Source: Phycisphaerales bacterium
Lineage (GTDB): Bacteria > Planctomycetota > Phycisphaerae > Phycisphaerales > SM1A02
Assembly (NCBI GenBank): GCA_044233905.1
Contig: JBIIJH010000001.1
Location: 10,442 to 74,441 of the forward strand
Reading direction: 5' to 3'
Length of the DNA: 64,000 nt
Made by a program: the position numbers and the translations under genes. This document shows, one piece after another, positions 37,350 through 43,809 of this stretch (within the stretch, counting starts at the first letter, position 1; the number at the start of each line of letters is the position of its first letter). The notes under the pieces are model-generated. The model searched no databases. It was not told where the DNA came from and was given only the letters and a program-made list of their open reading frames with translations.

Positions 37350-38367
37350 GCACGGGCCGCAGCGCGGCTTCACGCTGATCGAGCTGGTCGTGGCCGGCAC
37401 GATCGCGGCGTTCGTGCTGACGGCGGTGACGTTCGCGCTCTCGCAGCTGAGCAAGGGCAGGAACATCGCGCGCGACCGCGTCGAGGCATTCCAGCGGGCA
37501 AGCACCGCGCTCGAGGCCCTGCGGCGCGAGGTCTCCTCGACGATCCGCAGCGACGACCTGTTCGAGACGCGCTTCCTCCTCACCACGCGCGAGGCCAGCG
37601 CGCGGACCGGCGGCTACGAACGCAGCGACCTGCTGCTCTTCAACGCGTCGATGCGTCCGACGCGCCCGGTGGAGTACCAGGGCGAAGGCCGCGAATACGA
37701 GACGCAGTTCCGCGTGGAGGATGACGAGCTCGGTTCCGCCATCTGGCGCCGCCGGGACTTCATGCCGGACGACACGCCCGATGGCGGCGGCACCGCCGAA
37801 CCGCTGGCCGACGGCGTGGTCGGGTTCCTGGTGGAAGCAAGCGACGGCGAGGCGGGGTGGCGCACGGAATGGGATTCCGACGTCGACGGCCTGCCCAAGC
37901 TGGTCCGGATGACGGTGATCGCCACGGGCATCCCGCTTGGCGGCGAACGGAACAGCATGTCCGCCGAGGTCACGCTGCGAACCGCAGTGGCCGTGGACCG
38001 CGTGATCGGCCCGAAGGAAGATCCGCCGCCCGAGGAGCAGGCACCCACGACCGACGGTTCGGGCGGTGCCACGGCGCAGAACGGCGGCACGGGCGCGCAG
38101 GGGAGCGGAGCACGAGGCGGCGGCGGCCCAGCAACTGCGGGCGATGCCGGCGGAGCGGCCGGCGATGCCGCCGGCGGCGGCGCGACACAGGCCGGAGGCG
38201 GTCGCGGCCAAGGCGGACGCGGCGGCGCCGGTAGCGGAATGGCGCCTCCCGGACGTGGCGGCGGCGGTTTCCCGGGTGGTGGCACTGGCGGCGGTCGCGG
38301 CGGACGCGGCGGCGGCTTCAACGGCGGCGTCGGTGGCGGCGCAGGCGGACGAGGAGGCCAGGGATGA
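37321..38367 (+). CDS. minor pseudopilin (GspJ-like) with a roughly 115-aa Gly/Arg-rich C-terminal tail
   Basis: Prepilin motif QRGFTLIELVVAGTIAAFVL, a globular part of about 210 aa, then ..GGGGPATAGDAGGAAGDAAGGGATQAGGGRGQGGRGGAGSG..GGGRGGRGGGFNGGVGGGAGGRGGQG. Confidence 0.55.
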   Translation: MTRRPNRSSEHGPQRGFTLIELVVAGTIAAFVLTAVTFALSQLSKGRNIARDRVEAFQRASTALEALRREVSSTIRSDDLFETRFLLTTREASARTGGYERSDLLLFNASMRPTRPVEYQGEGREYETQFRVEDDELGSAIWRRRDFMPDDTPDGGGTAEPLADGVVGFLVEASDGEAGWRTEWDSDVDGLPKLVRMTVIATGIPLGGERNSMSAEVTLRTAVAVDRVIGPKEDPPPEEQAPTTDGSGGATAQNGGTGAQGSGARGGGGPATAGDAGGAAGDAAGGGATQAGGGRGQGGRGGAGSGMAPPGRGGGGFPGGGTGGGRGGRGGGFNGGVGGGAGGRGGQG

Positions 38368-39914
38368 GGCATCGCGCACGGCGAGGAAGCGTGGTCGTGG
38401 TGGTGGTGTGGGCGGTGGCCATCGCTGCAGTGCTGGTGGCGGCCACGCAGATCGTCACGTTCCGCCAGGCAGTGGTCGGCCGCGAGACGCTTGCACGCGT
38501 GCAGGCGCGCTGGGCGGCACGCGCGGGCGTCGAGCAGATGATCGCGATCATGGAATTCCACCTGGAGAATGCGGATCCGGACGACCCGATGGCACCGGTC
38601 CGCGACATGGAGGAACACGCGCTCGGCGGCACCTCCACGGGCACCTGGGACATCCGCCACTTCCTCGACGGCGTGGAATGGGCCGGCCCGCTCGATGAGG
38701 GCGCCAAGCTCAACATCAACACCGCGACGCGCACGCAGCTCACCAACCTGCCCAACATGACGCCCGACGTGGTGGACGCCATCGTCGACTGGCGCGATGC
38801 CGACGACAACGTCGGACAGCTCGGCGCGGAACGCGACTACTACACCGGACGCTCGATGGGCTACGCACCCCGCAACGGGAGCTTCCGCAGCGTCGCCGAG
38901 CTCGAGCTGGTGGCCGGCGCGTGGCCGAAGTACGTGCGCGGCGAGGACTGGAACCTGAACGGCAGGCTCGATCCCAACGAGGATGACGGCCCCAAGTCGT
39001 TCCCCGAGGACAAGCCTGACGGCAAGCTCGATGCCGGATGGGCGGGATACCTCACCGCCTACAGCAAGCAGAGCAAGATGTCACTGAGCGGCGAGGACAA
39101 GCTTCCGCTGAAGGGCACGGACCCCGAATCGCTGGTGAAGCGGCTCGCGGTGACCGAGGACCAGGCGAAGGCGCTGACCACGTACGGCGCACAGGCGAAC
39201 GCGAAGCCGGAGAACCTCCTGGTCACGCCGCTGAGCCAGCTTGCCGCGGGCTCGAGCGGCGCCGGCGGAACGGGCGGGACCGGTGGAGGCCGCGGAACGG
39301 GCGGCGGAAGCACCGGCGGGAGCATGGGCGGCGCGGGCCGTGGCGGAAACGGGAACAACGCGGTGGGCGTCAATGTGCAGGTGGGCGGCTCGACCGGGTC
39401 CAAGGGCGGCGGCTCCGGCGGATCCACGGGTGGCAGCGGCGGCAGCGGCGGCGGCAGCGGCGGCGGCAGCAGCGGGCGCTCATCCGGCGGACGTTCGGGG
39501 GCCGGAGGCACCTCTGCGGTGGCAGACCTGAACCCCGCGCAGCTGCGTGCGGTGCTGCGCGAGATCACCAGCGACGACTTCTCGAAGCCGGTGCCCGGAA
39601 GGATGAACATCAACACGGTGCCGGAATCGGTCCTGAAGGAAGTGCTCGATTTCGACCCCCGTCTGGCCGACGCCATCGTGGCGCGCCGCAAGTCGAAGCC
39701 CGAGGGCATCGTGAGCCTGGCGGACCTCTCCGGCATGTCCGGCGTGAATCCCCAGGTTCTCAGCCAGATTGCCACGCAATTCGACGTGACCAGCAGCGTG
39801 TATACCGTGACGAGTCGCGGACGCGCAGCATCGACGGGCGCCGAGGTCGAGATCGAGGTGGTCATCGACAAGTCCGAGTTGCCCGCCAAGATCCTCTCGT
39901 ACCGAGAGCAGTGA
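38364..39914 (+). CDS. gspK: GspK-like minor pseudopilin with an internal Gly/Ser-rich insertion
   Basis: Hydrophobic N-terminus (GSVVVVVVWAVAIAAVLVAA). GspK-type blocks AKLNINTATRTQLTNLPNMTPDVVDAIVDWRDADD and RMNINTVPESVLKEVLDF (HhH-like). The start overlaps the upstream stop (ATGA). Confidence 0.7.
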   Translation: MRHRARRGSVVVVVVWAVAIAAVLVAATQIVTFRQAVVGRETLARVQARWAARAGVEQMIAIMEFHLENADPDDPMAPVRDMEEHALGGTSTGTWDIRHFLDGVEWAGPLDEGAKLNINTATRTQLTNLPNMTPDVVDAIVDWRDADDNVGQLGAERDYYTGRSMGYAPRNGSFRSVAELELVAGAWPKYVRGEDWNLNGRLDPNEDDGPKSFPEDKPDGKLDAGWAGYLTAYSKQSKMSLSGEDKLPLKGTDPESLVKRLAVTEDQAKALTTYGAQANAKPENLLVTPLSQLAAGSSGAGGTGGTGGGRGTGGGSTGGSMGGAGRGGNGNNAVGVNVQVGGSTGSKGGGSGGSTGGSGGSGGGSGGGSSGRSSGGRSGAGGTSAVADLNPAQLRAVLREITSDDFSKPVPGRMNINTVPESVLKEVLDFDPRLADAIVARRKSKPEGIVSLADLSGMSGVNPQVLSQIATQFDVTSSVYTVTSRGRAASTGAEVEIEVVIDKSELPAKILSYREQ

Positions 39915-39921
39915 AACACGC

Positions 39922-42084
39922 ATGAATCCGTTCCGCAGGAAGCCCACCGAAGAAGCACCGCAGCGCGATCCCGCCATCGTGGCGATCGCATGCCGCACGC
40001 GTGCCGGATGGGACCTCATGACAGTCCGGTCCGGCGCCGCTGCGCTGGAGCTCGTGGCGACCGAACGGTTCGCCGCCGAGGACGCGCGGGCGTCGCAATG
40101 GATCGACGGGCAGCGCGCCGGCCACACCGTGGTGGCGCTCCCGGGCGCCGACGTGATCGTGCGCGCGGTGCAGCTGCCCAGCGCGGACGAAGGACGTCTC
40201 GAGAGCGCGCTCCAGCTCAACGCCACCACCTTCGTGCTGGGACGCACGCCGTTCTGGCGCGTGGCCTCCGCACTGCTGCCGCGCGAGCGCGGCGACGGCA
40301 TCCGCACCGGCCTCGTCACCGAGTGGCCCGAGGACGCCGAGCGTCCGCACCTCCCCGCCGGCATCCACGAGGGTCGGAACACCTCGTTTGCGCCCGCCGT
40401 TGCCGGACTTGCAGCCCTGTCGGCCTGGACCGAGGGCACGCTGGTCTCGGTGGATGCAGCCAACGGCGTGCTCTCGATCTGCGTGCCGACGAGCCAGGGA
40501 CTCCTGATGCGCACGGTCCGCGCCGGCGGCGCGGGCGAATCCATCGAACCCAGCGACGTCGCGCAGGCGGTCGGCGAAGCGTGCGTCCACGCATCCGTGC
40601 CCGCAGCGGAAATCCCCGCCGCGATCGCCGGCGCGGTGCAGTCGGCGTCGAGCGTTCTTGGCGGCGGGTTCGGCTGCAGCAGCGCCGACCTCCGACGACT
40701 TTCGCAGATGCTCACCGGCGTGACCGCCTCGGATGCATCGGGCTGGTGGCGCGAGCACGGCCTGGCCATCGGCCTGGCCGCGGCGGCCACCGGGCCCATG
40801 CTGGCGCTCACGCGACTCCAGTCCACCGACCTCGGCGCACGGCCCGACCGCACCAGCGTGTTCATCAACCGCCTGTCCGAGCCGCGGACTGCGAGGCGCG
40901 TGCTGATTGCAGGCGTGCTGTGCTTCGTGCTGGGCCCGTTGGTGATCGAGGGCGCGCGGCTGCTGCTCCTGCGGTGGAAGCTGCCCGATCTGGAGGCCTA
41001 CCAGCGTGCGGAAGACACGGACCGCAAGAAGCAGGCGATGTACCGCGTGCTGGGCCGCCAAGGCGCCTCGATGACGAAGACCCTGTCCGACATCGCATGC
41101 TGCGCACCGGACGGCGCCGAGATCGAGTTCATCAACGTGGCGCAGTCGGCCAAGGGCCAGTCCGTGACCCTCCGCGGCAAGGCACGGCCCGCGGGCGGGC
41201 AGCAGAGTTCCGAGGTGATGATCGCCATGGAGCGCCAGCTGCGCGAGTCCGGTGCGTTCGAGTCGATCCAGCGCAGCTCGGAAGCGCCCGACTCCCGCGG
41301 GTACCAGGAGTTCACGCTCAACGCCACCGCGGTGCGTCCCACCTACCCGGTGAGCTTCCCGGAATCGCAGGACTTTGCGCGCAAGTCGATGCGCGTCCGT
41401 CGCTACGGCCCGCCGCCGGCGGACGTCGATCCCGTGGCGTCCGGCCTGAATCCGAAGGACATCGAGGCGTCGAAGGCCAGCGGGGCGAAGGCCACGCAGG
41501 AGGACGCGCAGGCGGACGGCGCCGAGGCCGGGACTTCGGATTCGGACGAAGCGACCGTGGCGCATGCCGGCGATGCGTCGGCCGGCGCCTCGCTGAAGGG
41601 TGCGGAGACCAAGGCACCGAGCGCTCGCGTTGCGGACGCGAAGACCGCGGATTCCAAGGGCGCGGGCGACAAGAACGCCGACGGCACGGTCGCGGATAGC
41701 AAGGCCGCGGATAGCAAGGGCGCCGACGGCAAGAGCAGCGAAACGAAGACCAGCGACAGCAAGACCGCCGAAGCGAAGACGGACGATGCGAAGTCAGGCG
41801 ATGCGAAGGGCGAGGATTCCAAGGCCGCCGCCCGAGCGGCGCGCAGTTCCGGCAGCGGCCGCGGCGCGCTCGCCACCAGGAGCAAGCCGGGCGGCAGCTC
41901 CGAGCCCGAACCGGCGCCGACTCCGCTGAGCGCGAACGAGATCAACCAGATGAGCAAGGAAGAGGCCCGCGCCGCACTGGTGCTGGTCTCCAAGGCACGC
42001 AACCGAGCCGATCTGGCAGATGACGTGCAGGCCCGGCTGAAGGAAGAGTTCAACCTCCTGCTCGAACGCTGCAAGCGCGACTGA
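39922..42084 (+). CDS. bitopic assembly protein (GspL-like or PilM+PilN fusion-like) with a long Lys/Asp/Ser/Ala-rich periplasmic tail
   Basis: Cytoplasmic N-domain of about 320 aa, one TM (VLIAGVLCFVLGPLVIEGARLLLL), a periplasmic domain of about 100 aa, a low-complexity region of about 170 aa, and a conserved C-terminal helix. Assignment rests on position and topology only. Confidence 0.5.
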   Translation: MNPFRRKPTEEAPQRDPAIVAIACRTRAGWDLMTVRSGAAALELVATERFAAEDARASQWIDGQRAGHTVVALPGADVIVRAVQLPSADEGRLESALQLNATTFVLGRTPFWRVASALLPRERGDGIRTGLVTEWPEDAERPHLPAGIHEGRNTSFAPAVAGLAALSAWTEGTLVSVDAANGVLSICVPTSQGLLMRTVRAGGAGESIEPSDVAQAVGEACVHASVPAAEIPAAIAGAVQSASSVLGGGFGCSSADLRRLSQMLTGVTASDASGWWREHGLAIGLAAAATGPMLALTRLQSTDLGARPDRTSVFINRLSEPRTARRVLIAGVLCFVLGPLVIEGARLLLLRWKLPDLEAYQRAEDTDRKKQAMYRVLGRQGASMTKTLSDIACCAPDGAEIEFINVAQSAKGQSVTLRGKARPAGGQQSSEVMIAMERQLRESGAFESIQRSSEAPDSRGYQEFTLNATAVRPTYPVSFPESQDFARKSMRVRRYGPPPADVDPVASGLNPKDIEASKASGAKATQEDAQADGAEAGTSDSDEATVAHAGDASAGASLKGAETKAPSARVADAKTADSKGAGDKNADGTVADSKAADSKGADGKSSETKTSDSKTAEAKTDDAKSGDAKGEDSKAAARAARSSGSGRGALATRSKPGGSSEPEPAPTPLSANEINQMSKEEARAALVLVSKARNRADLADDVQARLKEEFNLLLERCKRD

Positions 42085-42095
42085 ACGACCACGCA

Positions 42096-42755
42096 ATGAC
42101 GAACCTCCCAGCAAACGTCGACACCGCCGAACGGCCCCGCACGCGGGCCACGCGCCGCCCACTGCGCGCGCAGGCGGCCGACCTCCGCGCGCGTTACGAC
42201 GCGCTGCCCAAGCGGCAGCAGTGGCTGGTGCTGGGCGCGATGGTGCTGGTGGGATGGCTCGCGGCCGATGAACTGCTCTGGTCGCGCGCGCGATCGTGGA
42301 GCGCCGAGAGCTCGCAGATCGAAGCTGCGCTCGACCGCGGCGCGCGGCGGCAGTCGAGCGTCAACACCGACCTGCGCCGCGCGGTCGGCACCTTCGGCCC
42401 GGTGGAGCCCCCGGGCGCGGCGGCCACCGGACGCGAGGAGCTGGCAAGCGCCATCGACGAAGTGCTGCGCAAGCACAAGGTGGCCGGCTACAGCTACGAG
42501 GCGCGCAACGGACAGCGCGTGAAGGACAGCGATGCAGGCGTGCTCGGGACGGCCATCGACCGCCTGCAGGCCGAGGTGAAGTTCGAGACCACGGCGGAGG
42601 AATTCCCGCGCCTGGTCGCCGACCTCGAGGCACACCCCGTGATCGACGGCGTGACGACGCTGCGCATCCAGAAGAACGAGCAGAGCCGCAAGCTGGTGGT
42701 CCAGGCCACCATCGAGACGTGGGTCGTCTCCTCCGGCGGAAGGGGCGGGCGATGA
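42096..42755 (+). CDS. bitopic assembly protein (GspM/PilO-like)
   Basis: 219 aa with a short cytoplasmic N-terminus, one TM (WLVLGAMVLVGWLAADELLW), a coiled segment and a C-terminal alpha/beta-like region. Assignment rests on position and topology only. Confidence 0.45.
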   Translation: MTNLPANVDTAERPRTRATRRPLRAQAADLRARYDALPKRQQWLVLGAMVLVGWLAADELLWSRARSWSAESSQIEAALDRGARRQSSVNTDLRRAVGTFGPVEPPGAAATGREELASAIDEVLRKHKVAGYSYEARNGQRVKDSDAGVLGTAIDRLQAEVKFETTAEEFPRLVADLEAHPVIDGVTTLRIQKNEQSRKLVVQATIETWVVSSGGRGGR

Positions 42756-43588
42756 ACTTCCGACTCGATCTTCCCTCGGGTATCCGCTGGTCGCCGATGC
42801 TGATCGCCACCGCGATCGCAGGCGTGGCGGGCGCGTTCGTGGTCGTCGACCATGGCTTCCCGCTGTTCGTGGATCTGTTCCGGTCTTCTTCCACCGTGGA
42901 GTCGGTGGACGTCACCACGCCGTTGCTGACGCAGCACGACGAGACGCACGGGCTCTACGAACGCCGTTTCGAGGGGCGCTCGCTGTTCTTCGCGCCGCCC
43001 GACTGGAAGCGGAAGGTCCCGCCGCCGCCGCCCCCGCCGCCGCCGCAGCCCCCGCCGCCGCCGCCGCCGCCCCCCACCGAGTACATGGGACCCAAGCCGA
43101 TCGGCATGCTCGGCAGCGCGGTCTATTTCGAAGGCAACAAGGTCATGGAAATCGGCAAGGAGTCCGATGGCGTGACCGTGCTCGAGGTGATCTCGCCCTG
43201 GCAGCTGAAGATCAAGCACAAGGGCAAGGTCTATGACGTGGCGGTCGGCCAGAAGCCGAACGACACGCTCTTCAAGCCGATCACCACCGCGACCCCCCCG
43301 AGCGGCGTCACGGTGACGGCCGGCGGCGGCACCCCGCCGACGACCTCACCCGGGTCCGGGGCCGCGGCGAAGCCCCCGGTCCTGAACGCCAGCCCCGCCG
43401 TGCCGGCGCCCGTCCCCAATGCGCTCTCCGAGGAGGGCGTTGGAAAGATGGGCATGGACGCCGCCAGAAGCGCCCTGGCGGCCGTTTCGGCGGCCCAGGG
43501 ACGCCAGGACCTCGACCCGGCGGTCCGCCAGCGCCTCGAGAACGAGGAGCAGTGGCTGACGCAGCGGCTCGAGACCATCGGCCGCTGA
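42752..43588 (+). CDS. bitopic protein with poly-Pro linker and small beta domain (GspC HR-domain / PilP-like)
   Basis: TM MLIATAIAGVAGAFVVV, a P9-Q-P9 tract, a beta-rich block IGMLGSAVYFEGNKVMEIGKESDGVTVLEVISPWQLKIKHKGKVYDVAV, a Pro/Thr/Gly linker and a C-terminal helix. The start overlaps the upstream stop (ATGA). Confidence 0.4.
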   Translation: MNFRLDLPSGIRWSPMLIATAIAGVAGAFVVVDHGFPLFVDLFRSSSTVESVDVTTPLLTQHDETHGLYERRFEGRSLFFAPPDWKRKVPPPPPPPPPQPPPPPPPPPTEYMGPKPIGMLGSAVYFEGNKVMEIGKESDGVTVLEVISPWQLKIKHKGKVYDVAVGQKPNDTLFKPITTATPPSGVTVTAGGGTPPTTSPGSGAAAKPPVLNASPAVPAPVPNALSEEGVGKMGMDAARSALAAVSAAQGRQDLDPAVRQRLENEEQWLTQRLETIGR

Positions 43589-43630
43589 CCGCCGGAATTG
43601 CCCCCGGGCGACCGCGGAATGCCCCCGGAC
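43587..43630 (+). repeat. imperfect tandem direct repeat (23 + 21 nt) beginning inside the stop codon of the PilP-like gene, upstream of gspD
   Basis: GACCGCCGGAATTGCCCCCGGGC / GACCGC-GGAAT-GCCCCCGGAC, read directly from the sequence. Possible regulator-binding site. Confidence 0.6.
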
Positions 43631-43809
43631 GGGGGTATCCAGGATTCCTCCCCGCTACCCTTCCCAACCCGCAATCATGCCCGGGGCCCGGCGTTTCCCC
43701 CGAGGCACCAGATTGCGCCCATGGCCCCATCCGGAGCCGATGAAGGACTGATGCGCCCGGCGCGCCTTGACCCCCTCGACACCCCGGCAACCCGCCGCGG
43801 AGACCCCAA

